Positions 38,790 through 51,791 of a stretch of 64,000 bases of DNA are shown here, one piece after another; position 1 is the stretch's first letter, and every line of letters begins with the position of its first letter. The DNA is from Octopus vulgaris (taxonomy: Eukaryota). Under the pieces are notes generated by a model that was given only the letters and a program-made list of their open reading frames with translations, ran no database searches and had not been told where the DNA came from. The stretch covers positions 1,922,001-1,986,000 of the forward strand of contig OX597816.1 in assembly GCA_951406725.2 (NCBI GenBank). The letters are read 5' to 3'. The position numbers were made by a program, and so were the translations under genes.

Positions 38790-40090
38790 TAACCAATATC
38801 GTGAGATTGTTGATTGAAGATATTGCATCTACAGGGGGTTTGCACTGTTTGTCAAGTCACAACAAGGATCTCAGGCAGACGATACGTTACACAATATGTG
38901 TGCAGTTCCAAGTAATGCTGACTTTTGCAATACATCTAGATTATAGGGTGTCTCTAAGGTTTCCAGATGATCCTTCAGATTGGTTGGTATTGAACCCAAA
39001 GCTCCAATGACAATAGGGACAACCTTTATGTTTGACTCTCATAACTGCCACATCTTGACAATCTCAATTCTCAGGTCTTCATATTTATCAACCTTTTCTC
39101 TTTCTTTCATGATAATATGTTGATCTCCTGGCACTGCCACGTCGATTATTAGGCACTTTCGTTTGTCCCTCCTAAAGGTTACTATATCTGGCCTTTGGTG
39201 CTCTAACACCTTATCTGTTTGGAAGTCAAAGTCCCAGAGGATTTTTGCCTTCCCCTTTTTGTCCATTGCCTTTTCCAGTGTATGTTGGTACCAAACCCCC
39301 ATTACCTCGTATCCATACCTCCAGCATGGTAGCCAGTGGAGGTTTCGGGCTACCTTGTCATGTCTATGCTTCTACTCTTTCTGCACAAGACTTTCACAAG
39401 CACTAACAATGCAAGTCACACTTTCGATCCCTTTCCCATACATTCTGCAAAAGTTTGTTGCACTTGTGTGGTATATATCCCTTTTCACTGAGTTGGTATT
39501 CAATGCCTGATCCTAGGCAGCGCTTAGGCTTCCAGTATTCTTTTTTAGGTCACCCTTGCTGAGTCACCTCCATGATGCTTCCTGGTCTTTTAAGTTGTTA
39601 GCTTCACAGTGGAACTGACCATGTAATTCCATGTGGAGTCGGGTTTCTTCTCTCTCGTGATTGGAATTCATTAGCACACTCAAGTCCATTTTTGGTAAAT
39701 CCTTCTGCAATAGCAGCATACTGTAGCAAGTCTTGTTTGCTGTTTACCAAATATTTTGCCATATTTCTTCTTTCATTGTCGATGCACTCCCGTACGCTAA
39801 TCAGCCCATGTTCACCTTTGCACCTCTTCATGTAGAGTCCTCTGTATGTTCACTTTTGAGTGGAGAGCACCATGGATTGGCTTTTGGGTAGTGCGATCGA
39901 GTTGGTTAATCTCCGCTTGGGTCCATTTCAGGATGGGTGTACTATAATGGACTACAGCAACAGCCCATATGTTGATGGTAGTCACTAGGTTCCTCGAGTT
40001 GAACTTTGATTTCAAGAGAAGTTTGAGGCACTTCAAATATGCAGTGATGACTTTGTCTTTTATTGTCCAGCTCCAAGATTGCAAAGCACT
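38790..40090 (-). mobile_element. R4/Dong-type non-LTR element: RT C-terminus, CCHC region, REL endonuclease; decayed
   Basis: INIWAVAVVHYS..LKWT, HGLISV, RHDKVARNLHW and ILWDFDFQTD..RPDIV..IIDVAVP..EKVDKY motifs. Confidence 0.9.
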
Positions 40091-40129
40091 TGTACCCATC
40101 ATTATTGTTGTTGTTGTTATCATCATTGC

Positions 40130-40171
<42 letters not shown>

Positions 40172-40184
40172 GTTTTTTTTCTTC

Positions 40185-40603
40185 TTTCTTCAAATTTTCT
40201 TCCATTTCTCACAGAGTGTTTTCCATACACCTAGGGCAGAGAAGCTCATTGTATGCATTCCCAGGTTACATGTGCAAATTCACTGATAAAATATGTATTT
40301 AAAAATTAATAAATAAACAGATTCATGGATGTTATTTTCACAGCGAAAATGCTCTTCTCAGTACATGATCCATTCCAGTTAATACGATTTTTTGCACTTC
40401 CTGTAGGGATGGTAAGCCTGGAATCATTTTCAAATAGGTTTCAGTACCTTTTTTTTTATCATTCCTAGAGATCCTACAATCACTGGTACTGTAGTCGCCT
40501 TGAGATGCCACATTTTTTCAATTTCTATTAGCAGGTATTTATATTTACTAATCTTGTCAAATTCTTTCACCACTATATTGTGATCACAAGGAATACTCAT
40601 GTC
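40185..40603 (-). mobile_element. R4/Dong-type 3' fragment
   Basis: DMSIPCDHNIVVKEFDKISKYK..IEIEKMWHLKATTVPVIVGSLG; flanked by (TTA)n. Confidence 0.85.
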
Positions 40604-40649
<46 letters not shown>

Positions 40650-40662
40650 TATTATTATTATT

Positions 40663-41217
40663 GAGTGAGAGAGCAGTTCATGCCATCAAAGTGACACTGG
40701 GGTAAAATATACGAAGCCCAATATACCCATCATGACTACCCGTCTGATAAAGGTACACCAGGCACATGCATCACAACCATATGTGCGCGACATGGTGATC
40801 TCATATCAAGATAAACAGCACATGACCTTGCAGGTGGGGCCCAGTTAGAATTTTCTTCATTTTGAGTAGCCCATCCTGCTCAAACGGTCCCTGAATAAGG
40901 GTTGTTTAAGGATGTTGAAAGAACCACCCATGTTTCCAGAGGTGAACTATTCAAACCCCAAAGAATCCCTCTCAACACATGGCTATGATGCTCCCCCACT
41001 ACTTCTGCTCGTGATCAGAGATGCACATATCGTCAGCCACTAAGGGACATGCTCAACTGGTTAAGGTCAAACAACTGACAAGCAAATCTGTGGTATTGAG
41101 CAGAATATTTGCTGTAGCCCATCTTTTATACCAAGACAAAACAATGTACATGATAACACTTCCAATCAGTTAAGATCAGAAGCCATGAGAGCCACTGCCT
41201 GGTACTGCATCAGGGCA
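40663..41217. mobile_element. Unidentified ~555-bp insert bounded by (TTA)n on both sides
   Basis: Complex sequence with sharp microsatellite borders and no long ORF, inside the Dong cluster. Confidence 0.5.
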
Positions 41218-41242
41218 TTTATTATTATTATTATTATTATCA

Positions 41243-41306
<64 letters not shown>

Positions 41307-41307
41307 G

Positions 41308-41833
41308 CTTTTGCACAGCTTCTAACGGTGGAGATGTACTACAGTGTCAGCTGTTCACTACCAGTGAACTAAGGTAACACCTCTTATTTTTCAAGCACCT
41401 TCCGGAGTATTCAAGAAGTTCCAAGCAGTGCTGTTTTCTGCAAGTGCTCCACCCTTATTGCAGCCCCTGTTTGTTCCACGTACTTCTCCAGATTTTTGCT
41501 CACTGTTCCCAGGGCTCCAACAATTATCGGTACTACTGCTACCTTTTTCCTCGACCACAACTGCTTAACTTCCCAAGCTAACCTGTCATATCTCTCGACT
41601 TTTCTCTCTTCCTTATCGCGTACCTTGTTGTCGGCTGGGCTTGCTATATCTATTATCCAGCATAGTTTGGTTTCTTTCTCAATTAAGACTATGTCCAGCT
41701 TCCTATTCTCTATCTCATGGTCACACTGACCCATAAAATCCCACAGGATCTTTGCATTTCTATTTTCGATGATGCCTTCAGGTTTATGGTCGTACCAATT
41801 TTTTGCTCTGTCAAGTCCATACTTGTTGCAAAG
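41308..41833 (-). mobile_element. R4/Dong-type 3' fragment
   Basis: ORF 41411-41734: RKLDIV..IIDIASP..RKVERY..VVPIIVGALG..LQKTALLGT. Confidence 0.9.
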
Positions 41834-41864
41834 TTATTATTTTTTTATTATTACTACTACTACT

Positions 41865-42375
41865 ACTCAGTAGTCTTATTTTTATCACATGCTTTCACTT
41901 CACTACCGAGTGCAGTCTGTGTGCTTTGGGTGTGTGCTGTGGTTTGTTGTGATGCTCTTACTTTCACTATATTGAAAGTGTTTTACATAGGATGCGTGCA
42001 GTGCCTAGTAGTGCTATTTTGTGTATGTTATATACATCCATAAGTCCTGGTGTTTTTGTTATGTATTTGTCTGAATATTTTTTTATCATACCTAATGCGC
42101 CTATTATGATTGGAATTGTTTCTGTTTTTAGGCCCCACATTCGAGTTACCTCTATTTCTAGGTTTTTATATTTTGAAATTGTGTCCATTTCTTTTAGAGA
42201 CATGTTGTCATCTGCTGGTATTGATACTTCAATTAGAAAGCATTTTTTTTCTTCGTGATCTCTGGCAACTATATCTGGCCTGTTGGCCTTAATTTCTCTA
42301 TTTGTGTGTGTTGGCATATCCCAGAGTATGGTTGCTTTCTCGTTTTCTGTGACCTTTTATGGCATGTGCCTATAC
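41865..42375 (-). mobile_element. R4/Dong-type 3' fragment
   Basis: ORF 41967-42317: ANRPDIV..IEVSIP..SKYKNL..IIIGALG. Confidence 0.9.
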
Positions 42376-42464
42376 CATCTTTTTTCTGTTGTTGTTTTTG
42401 TTGCTGTTGTTGTTGTTGTTGTTGTTATTCCCATTTCAATGCTCAGAGCTCTTGATTTCACTTG

Positions 42465-42570
42465 CTCCAGTTAATTCTGTAAGAGTGGACAGCAACCTGT
42501 TGTCCAAGGTCTCACAGGGTCTCTTTCCATGACACTTAACACCCAAATACCAATCCATGCTATCCCCAAT
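42465..42570 (-). mobile_element. R4/Dong-type 3' UTR fragment
   Basis: Reverse complement GGAAAGAGACCCTGTGAGACC...GCTGTCC matches 25522-25575. Confidence 0.7.
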
Positions 42571-42689
42571 AATAATAATCCTGATAGCATGAGCAAATGG
42601 CTTTCAAAACAGCCTTGGGTCAGCACAGGCCATGAGAGTGAAACTGAATGGACAGAGAGTGTGCAGGGGTCTGTCAGGGCTGATAGAAG

Positions 42690-43390
42690 TGCACGTGGCT
42701 TAGCAGTTAGAGTATTTGGCTCGTGATTGTAAGGTTGTGAGTTCAATTGCTGCCAGTGGAACACTGTGTCCTTGAGCAAGACATTTTATTTCACTCAGTC
42801 CACTCAGTTGGCAAAAATGAGTTGTACTTGCAATTGACAAGGGGCCAGTCTTGACACATTTTGTGTCATGCCAAATCTCCCTGAGAACTATGTTAAGGAT
42901 ATGTGTGTCTGTGGAGTACTCAGCCACTTGCACATTAATTTCAGGAGTGCCAGTGTGTGGGAATTGTAGGAGTAGTTTAAAATGGAGTCACCCTCGCTTC
43001 TACACCAATACAATAAGGGGGGGGGTTCAGTTGATCAAATGACTGAATATTCATGGCAAGGGATCAGATGACTTTTCTAAACCTAAAACTAAACCTGGGT
43101 GAACTCAGCCATTGTTAACAAGAAAATGTTGACAACAGGAAATGACCTTCTGATGTGTTTGTGTGATAGTGACTGTATTCATTCAACCATAGGGTAAAGG
43201 TATCAGTGGCTCAGTGGTAAGGATTTCCAGTTCACTTCCTGGCAGTGACTGTGTCCTTCAGCAAGACACCTTGTTTCACGTTGCTCCGGTCCACCCTACT
43301 GGCAGGAATGAGTGGTAACTGTATTTCAAAGGGTCAGCCTTATTGCATGGTGTGTCACACTGAATCTCCCTGAGAACTACGTTAGGGGAC
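42690..43390 (+). mobile_element. Two tRNA-derived SINE family D copies (42690-42940 and 43205-43390)
   Basis: GTGGCTYAG A box, GTTCAA B-box-like sequence, shared GTGTCCTT.AGCAAGACA and AATCTCCCTGAGAACTA. Confidence 0.75.
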
Positions 43391-43433
43391 TATTTGTACA
43401 TCTCAGAACAGAGATTGCAAGATCTTGAGAAAG

Positions 43434-43465
43434 TATGAGGGTGAGTCAAAAAGTAATGCCATTTT
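43434..43465 (+). mobile_element. Solo mariner-like terminal repeat
   Basis: TA-TGAGGGTGAGTCAAAAAGT resembles TA-CGAGGG..TCAAAAAG mariner termini. No partner end found. Confidence 0.4.
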
Positions 43466-43571
43466 GTTTCGGCCGGATAACTGAAGAGATGGCGGCATGG
43501 ATTTCCACCTCAGCATCTGAAACTCGGAGTTTTATCTTGGCTACCGAATAATTGTCACATATTACATTTAC

Positions 43572-43623
<52 letters not shown>

Positions 43624-43634
43624 CATCATATTCA

Positions 43635-43880
43635 ACATCATCATCGTTTAACGTCCATTTTCCATGGTAGCATGGGTTGGACGGTTCAACTGGGATCTGG
43701 GAAGCCAGAAGGCTGCACCAGGCTCCAGTCTGATCTGGCAGTGTTTCTACAGCTGGATGCCCTTCCTAACGCCAACAACTCTGTGAGTGTAGTGGGTGCT
43801 TTTTACATGCCACCAGCACAGGTGCCAGGCGAGGCTGGCAATGACCACAACCAGATTGGTGCTTTTTACGTGCCACCAGC
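43635..43880 (-). mobile_element. RTE 3' UTR fragment
   Basis: Close match to 3950-4195. Confidence 0.8.
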
Positions 43881-43890
43881 GTATATATAT

Positions 43891-43956
<66 letters not shown>

Positions 43957-44077
43957 TATAAATACATATATAAACAAAAAAAAAAAAAAAAACAAAATAT
44001 ACATACACACACAAAAAAAAAAAAAAAAAAACATACATATATATATATATATATACATACATACATATATATATACA

Positions 44078-44137
<60 letters not shown>

Positions 44138-45119
44138 TACATATATCATTGTCATTGGCAATGCATCCAAGTAGTTAATCTGTAGTGAGTGATTGAACCT
44201 CTTCATCTTGATAGATGTGAAGGGTGCAGGTGCTTGAGGTGGTTGTTAAGGCCAAGGGTTGTATAGAAGAGCCAGGAGCATCTATCACAGGGGAGAGTTG
44301 GTGGGGGACAGGGAAGTGTGAGTTGCTCTTTACGTCTTTGACATTTGATCTCTTCCTTTTGACGTCTGTTCCGTTAACGATGATATGTTGCCTCTTTGAG
44401 CAGTCCTTGTTAATTGTCTCCTGGGTTTTGGGGTCAATGGAGCAGCAGAGAAGAGTGACCTTGGAAATGGAGCTTGGAGGCTCTATGTGATCATACACAC
44501 ACACGCACACACATGTACGATCTTGGGATGCTGAACCTTTTGGGTGAGATGACAAAGGACTGAGATACCTGGCACCTTGCTCTCCTCAAGAAGACCCATA
44601 CTCTGCAGTAGAAGTGTTAAGACCATTTCCTCTGGTGGTGTAAAGCACTTGTGGCAGTGCCACATCAAAACATCCATGTGGTGCCATGCAAAAGTGCCTG
44701 TGCGAAGCCATGTAAAAATGCCCATGTGGCACCCTGTAAAAACACCTGTGTGATGCCACTTAAGAAGCACCTAGCACACTCTGTAAAGGGGTTGGCACTA
44801 GGAATGGCATCCAGCTTTAGAAACCCTGCCAAATCAGAGTGGAGTCTGGTGCAGCTTCCCAGCTTGCCAGCTCTGGTCAAACCATCCAACCCATGCCAGC
44901 ATGGACAATGGATGTTAAATTCTTTCAGTTTTCTGTCTATCAAATCCTTTCACATGGCTTTGGTCAGCTCGGGACTATAAAAGAAGACACTTGCTCAAGG
45001 TGCCATGCAGTGGGAGTGAACCTAGAACCATGTGGTTGGGAAGCAAACTTCTTACTACACAGCCATGTCTGCACCTGATATAATTAAGAGTCAAGGAGAA
45101 ATGTTGAAGATATATATAA

Positions 45120-45358
45120 GGTGGTGGTGAGCTGGCAGAAATGTTAGCATGCCGGGCGAAATGCTTTGTGGTATTTCCTCTGCCGCTACATTCTGAGTTC
45201 AAATTCTGCCGAGGTCGACTTTGTCTTTCATCCTTTCCGGGTCAATTAAATAAGTACCAGTTATGCACTGGGATCGATATAATCGCCTTAATCTGTTTGT
45301 CTGTCCTTGTTTGTCCTCTCTGTGTTTAGCCCCTTGGTGGGTAGTAAAGAAACAGGTA
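45120..45358 (+). mobile_element. SINE family C
   Basis: GGTGAGCTGGCAGAA...GAGTTCAAATTC...TTTCATCCTTTCCGGGTC..AAATAAGTACCAG. Confidence 0.8.
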
Positions 45359-45436
45359 TATCAAGGAGGTAGATTAAGGGGGTATGAATTAATGACTTTT
45401 ATTCAACCCATACCAGCATGGAAGACGGACATTAAA

Positions 45437-45438
45437 GG

Positions 45439-45508
<70 letters not shown>

Positions 45509-45518
45509 CGACGACGAC

Positions 45519-45558
<40 letters not shown>

Positions 45559-45745
45559 GTGGTGATGATGATGGTGGTGATGATGATGGTGATGGTGATG
45601 ATGGTGATGATGGTGGTGATGATGATGATGGCGATGGTGATGACGATGATGATGATGATGATGATGGTGGTGATGATGATGGTGATGGTGATGGTGATGG
45701 TGATGATGATGAGTTTGATGATGATGATGGTGGTGATGATGATGG

Positions 45746-45776
<31 letters not shown>

Positions 45777-46047
45777 GATGATGATGATGATGGTGATGAT
45801 GATCACGAGAGAAACATTTCTATAATCTTATTAAAACCATTTCACTATGAGGGAAAACCGAAGATAGTTGTTACCTGTTGTTGATGATGACAATGATGAT
45901 GGTGATGATGATGATGATGATGACGATGACGTTATGATGATTATGATAATGATGATGCCTCTGCTACCGCTGACAATACCAATGATGATGATAACAACAA
46001 TGCTGATGATGATGATGATGATGATGATGAAGCTGATGATGAGGATA

Positions 46048-46078
<31 letters not shown>

Positions 46079-46100
46079 GGAAGCTGATGATGACAAAAGT
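45437..46100. repeat. (GAT/GGT)n microsatellite blocks
   Basis: Direct. Confidence 0.95.
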
Positions 46101-46794
46101 AGTGTTGATGCAAACTAAAACTGAATATGAATTACAAACAACGAATTGCATGAAACATTTTTTTCTTTTTTCACCTGAAAGTAACTAATTACATTTCTAA
46201 TTTAAATATTACCATTTCCTTTCATGTTCATTATCCAATCACTAACTCTGATCCCATTTTTTTTTTTTTGTGTGTTTGTTGGTTTTTGACATTAATATTC
46301 TCCAGCAAAAATGTTAATAATTTCTGTGCTTATTTGCATAATTCACAAGTCATTTCATAGCAATTGAAATTTAACATTAAAGTAATTATCTCCAGTTATT
46401 TTAGAATTATCGCAATAAACAGCAATAATTCCACAATGAACTTACAGCTGAAGCATTCAATATTAATTGCTTCGGTTTATAAGAAATAAAAAAACACCTT
46501 GAAATTCTATGAAATTAACTTTTACTATTATGCAACTTTCCAATAGATCGGATTGATGTCAGTGTGTCATAAATAGAACCTATTATTATCTGCTTGTCAA
46601 ACCTGGTGATCTATCTGTTCCATCCAACAACAAAATGCTCGGTGCCAACATAGCAATTTGCTTTTGTCTGCGTAGACAAGTCACATTACACTTATTTCGA
46701 ACATGTGACACCTGCACATTAGCTAAGAATCTTGTGACTCACTCATTACTGTACACCTTGTGTGGTTAGTTATTAGAGATACATTACGTAACAT

Positions 46795-48810
46795 AGAGAG
46801 ACAGAGAGACAGAGAGACAGAGAGAGAGAGAGACAGAGAGACTGAGAGACTGAGAGACAGAGAGACTGAGAGACAGAGAGACTGGAAGACAGAGAGACTG
46901 AGAGACAGAGAGAGAGAGAGACTGAGAGAGAGAGAGACTGAGAGACAGAGAGACAGAGAGAGACAGAGAGAGAGAGACTGAGAGACTGAGAGATAGAGAG
47001 ACTGAGAGACAGAGAGAGAGACAGAGAGACTGAGAGACAGAGAGACTGAGAGACCGAGAGAGACTGAGAGACAGAGAGACAGAGAGACAGAGAGACTGAG
47101 AGACAGAGAGACTGAGAGACAGAGAGACAGAGAGACAGAGAGACTGAGAGACAGAGAGACAGAGAGACAGAGAGACTGAGAGACAGAGAGACAGAGAGAC
47201 AGAGAGACTGAGAGATTGAGAGACTGATAGACTGAGAGACTGAGAGACTGAGAGACTGAGAGACAGAGAGAGGGAGAGACTGAGAGACTGAGAGACTGAG
47301 AGAGAGAGAGACAGAGAGAGACTGAGAGACAGTGAGACAGAGAGATAGAGAGACTGAGAGACTGAGAGACTGAGAGATAGAGAGACTGAGAGACAGAGAG
47401 ATAGAGAGACTGAGAGACAGAGAGACTGAGAGAGAGAGAGACTGAGAGACTGAGAGACTGAGAGACAGAGAGAGGGAGAGACTGAGAGACTGAGAGACTG
47501 AGAGAGAGAGAGAGAGACTGAGAGACAGAGATACTGAGAGACAGAGACTGAGAGACAGAGAGACTGAGAGACAGAGAGACAGAGAGACAGAGAGACTGAG
47601 AGACAGTGAGACAGAGAGACAGAGAGACTGAGAGACTGAGAGACTGAGAGATAGAGAGACTGAGAGACAGAGAGATAGAGAGACTGAGAGACAGAGAGAT
47701 AGAGAGACTGAGAGACTGAGAGACAGAGACTGAGAGAGACTGAGAGAGACTGAGAGACTGAGAGACAGATTGACAGAGAGACTGAGAGACAGACAGACTG
47801 AGAGACAGAGAGACAGAGAGACAGAGAGACTGAGAGACTGAGAGACAGAGAGACGTAGAGACTGAGAGACAGAGAGACAGAGAGACAGAGAGACTGAGAG
47901 ACTGAGAGATTGAGAGACTGAGAGACTGAGAGACTGAGAGACTGAGAGAGAGAGAGACTGAGAGACTGAGAGACTGAGAGACAGAGAGAGGGAGAGACTG
48001 AGAGACTGAGAGACTGAGAGAGAGAGAGAGAGAGACTGAGAGACAGAGATACTGAGAGACAGAGACTGAGAGACAGAGAGAGACTGAGAGACAGTGAGAC
48101 AGAGAGATAGAGAGACTGAGAGACTGAGAGATAGAGAGACTGAGAGACAGAGAGATAGAGAGACTGAGAGACTGAGAGAGACTGAGAGACTGAGAGACAG
48201 AGACTGAGAGATAGAGAGACTGAGAGACTGAGAGAGACAGAGAGACTGAGAGACTGAGAGACAGAGAGACGTAGAGACTGAGAGACTGAGAGAGAGAGAC
48301 AGAGAGAGACTGAGAGACAGTGAGACAGAGAGATAGAGAGACTGAGAGACTGAGAGACTGAGAGATAGAGAGACTGAGAGACAGAGAGATAGAGAGACTG
48401 AGAGACAGAGAGATAGAGAGACTGAGAGACAGAGAGACTGAGAGAGAGAGAGACTGAGAGACTGAGAGACAGAGAGAGGGAGAGAGAGTGAGACTGAGAT
48501 ACAGAGAGACTGGAAGACAGAGAGACTGAGAGACAGAGAGTTAGAGAGACTGAGAGTTAGAGAGACTGAGAGACAGAGACACTGAGAGACAGAGACACTG
48601 AGAGAGACTGAGAGACAGAGAGATTGAGAGACTGAGAGACAGACAGACTGAGAGAGAGAGAGAGAGTGAGAGAGAGAGACTGAGAGACTGAAAGACAGAG
48701 AGACAGAGAGATTGAGAGACTGAGAGACAGAGAGATTGAGAGACAGAGAGACTGAGAGACAGAGAAACTGAAAGGAGAGAGTGTGAGACTGAAAGACAGA
48801 GACACAGAGC
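46795..48810. repeat. 2-kb GA-rich satellite of 8/10-bp units (GAGAGACT/GAGAGACA)
   Basis: Direct. Confidence 0.97.
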
Positions 48811-48976
48811 TGTATCTACAAATTCTCAAATTTGAATTCTATTTTTTTTTATTTAATAGTATCTACTCAAAATAATTATAATAAAAATAAAAATAATAAT
48901 GATAATAATAATAATAATAATAATGATGATGATGATAATAATAGAGGAAGAAGAAGAACAACAACAACAACACCAT

Positions 48977-49007
<31 letters not shown>

Positions 49008-49059
49008 AGCAACAAAAGAAAACAACAATAAAAATATAAATGATCATCATCATCACCAT

Positions 49060-49835
49060 CACCATTTTTAACGTCCAGTTTTCCATGTATGCATGGGTCG
49101 GACAAAATTCATTCAGGCAGCTTTTCTACACTCAAATAGCCTTCCTGTCACCAATCCTCACCTGATCGCAAACAAAATAATGTTCCCCTATGGTCAGGTA
49201 TGATTTTGTGGAAGGTAGCAAATGAACAATGCTGATAGTATGAAGGTGAAGTTTGTTTACAGGTATCGCATGATGTCAGGTGAGGAGACGCAAACAGAAA
49301 CACCACTTGCATACACACACACACACACACACACATACACACATGCACACACACACACACATATAATGGTCTTCTTTCAGTTTCTGCCTACCAAATCGAA
49401 ATTGTAGTTGCGATCCCCGTGCCGGTGGCACGTAAAAGGCACCGTCCAAACATGGCTGATGCCAGTGCTGCCTTGACTGGCTTCCATGCTGGTAGCATGT
49501 AAAAAGCACCAATCATTCGGGGCCATTGCCCCTGTGCTGGTGGCACATAAAAAGCACCCACTACACCTACGGAGTGGTTGACATTTGGAAGGGCATCCAG
49601 CTGCAGAAACACTGCCTGATCAGACTGGGGCCTGGTGCAGCCTTCTGGCTTTCCAGGCCCCAGTTGAACCGTTCAACCCATGCTAGCATGGAAAAAGGAC
49701 GTTAAACGATGATGATGATAAAATCTAACCGCAAAGCTCTGGTCAACCTAAGGTTGGCATTTGCCCAAGGTGCCATGCAATGGATCTGAATCCAGAATTA
49801 TGAGGTTGGGAAGCAGGCTTCTTACCACACGGCCA
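49060..49835 (-). mobile_element. Family A-head/RTE-tail SINE with a nested plus-strand RTE 3' UTR (about 49398-49718)
   Basis: The head is split at CCAAATC and resumes at AAATCTAACC after the (GAT)n tail of the insert. Confidence 0.7.
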
Positions 49836-50714
49836 AAATCCGGTGAAATAACCTTGTTTTTTAAACAGTTATTTGGAACATAAATTAAGATGAAAAGCTT
49901 TTAATTGAAATCATGTTGAAACATACAAGGTTTGTATCCTAAAATCAAATATGGTCTCATTTGACTTGGAGCCCAAAGAGTGAACACATGGATTGCTTGG
50001 TTTTACAAATAACAATTCTGCTTTGCTTTTGATGACTGACAAATGGTGAAGCTGGAAATTAGGCTGCTGAGTCTCATAGGTGAGAGGACTTAGAGGAATG
50101 GTAATATGCTACTGCAGACAAATTCCACTGAGGTCCACTTTGCCTTTCATTCTTTCAGAGTCAATGAATTACATACCAGTTGCATACTGGGGTTGATCTA
50201 ATCAACTGGCCCCTGCCTCTCCCCCCAAACTTTTGGGCCTTGTGCCCAGAGTAGAAAAGAATATCTTACTGTAGACATAGTACCAGAATAGAAAAATGGA
50301 CATCTTTACTATTATAAAGAAAGTTGCTTATAAAATAGTTTGGAACATGTAACTTTTATTAAAAGAAAACAATTATTCAAGTCTACACTTTCTAGAAAAG
50401 TCTTATAAATTCCAATTTTAATCTTTTTTTTAATTATCAAAATGTGATTTTCAAGAATCCTTTATTGCTGAAAATTCCAACTCATAATTCAATTGCAAAC
50501 CTAATTTTTGTTCACTGCAACATAGTCATCTTGCACTGCAAAGTAGCGTTTTTGAAGTCTTTGTACATCTTCTGGAAGTTTATAGATTGCCAAATATTTG
50601 CAATACTACTTTCTAATGACAGATCAGTGAAAATATTTCTCAAAATTATAAGTTCAATCCCACATCAGCCAAATCATGTTGATTTCAGTGTCCTTTCATA
50701 TTTGTTAGGTATTG

Positions 50715-51258
50715 TTCATCATCATCATCATCACCATCATTTAGCATCCATTGTCTATGCTGGCATGGGTTGGATGGTTTGACCAAGGCTGGTAATCTGA
50801 AGGGCTGCACCAGACTGCAATCAGGTTTGGCCTGGTTTCTACAGCTGGATGCCCTTCCTGGTGTCAACCACTTTACAGAGTGTAATGGGTGGTTTTATGT
50901 GTCACCAGCATGGGTGCTAGTAGCGTGACATCAGTATCTGCCATGACTACAATTTCACTTGGCTTAATAACGTCTTTTTCTCAAGCACAGCATATTGCCA
51001 AAGGCCTCGATCATTTGTCATTGCCTCCATGAGGCCCAACACTTGAAAGGTACCTTTTTACATGCCACTGGCATGGGTGCCTGTCACATGATGCCAACAA
51101 GGGCCACACCTATCATTTCACTTGGCTTGACTGGTCTTCTCAAGCAGAGCGTATCACCAAAGGTCTCGGTCACTAGTCATTGCATCTGTGAGGTCCAACG
51201 TTTGACGATCATGCTTCACCACCTCATCCCATGTCTTCCTGGGTCTACCTCTTCCACT
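50715..51258 (-). mobile_element. RTE LINE 3' end: ORF C-terminus and UTR
   Basis: Minus-strand GRGRPRKTWDEVVKHD...DRDLW, homologous to 15055-15150 and continuous with the (GAT)n-tailed UTR. Confidence 0.85.
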
Positions 51259-51429
51259 AAACTGCGGATTTGTATATGGCTAAGTTAGAACAACAAAAAG
51301 TGGAAAATATGAAAGACAAAAGAAACAAAGATACAAAAAATATAGAAGTTTCCTCACTTTTAACTTATTTTATGGTGTGCATCTGTCTGTCGTTATAAGA
51401 TGTACCTGAATGTATGTTCTTGAGGATGG

Positions 51430-51476
<47 letters not shown>

Positions 51477-51589
51477 ATTTCTTCATAAATTCTAAAGCTG
51501 CCTTTGAGTTCTTGCTTATTATTCTAAATTTATTTTCTGATCAAGTGAGTGGTACTAAAGGAATAAAAGATAGAAAGGAAAATTAGACA

Positions 51590-51756
51590 CATGCAGGAGT
51601 GGCTGTGTGGTAAGTAGCTTGCTTACCAACTCCACATGGTTCTGGGTTCAGTCCCACTGCATAGCACCTTGGGCAGGTGTCTTCTACTATAGCTTTGGGC
51701 CAACCAAAGCTTTGTGAGTGGATTTGGTAGACGGAAATTGAAAAATGCCTGTCGTG

Positions 51757-51791
<35 letters not shown>

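Noticed and set aside
44175-44490. Minus-strand ORF with faint RRM-like end (KRQHIIVNGTDVKRK)
   Set aside because: No RNP1/RNP2 motifs or clear splice sites; similarity too weak.
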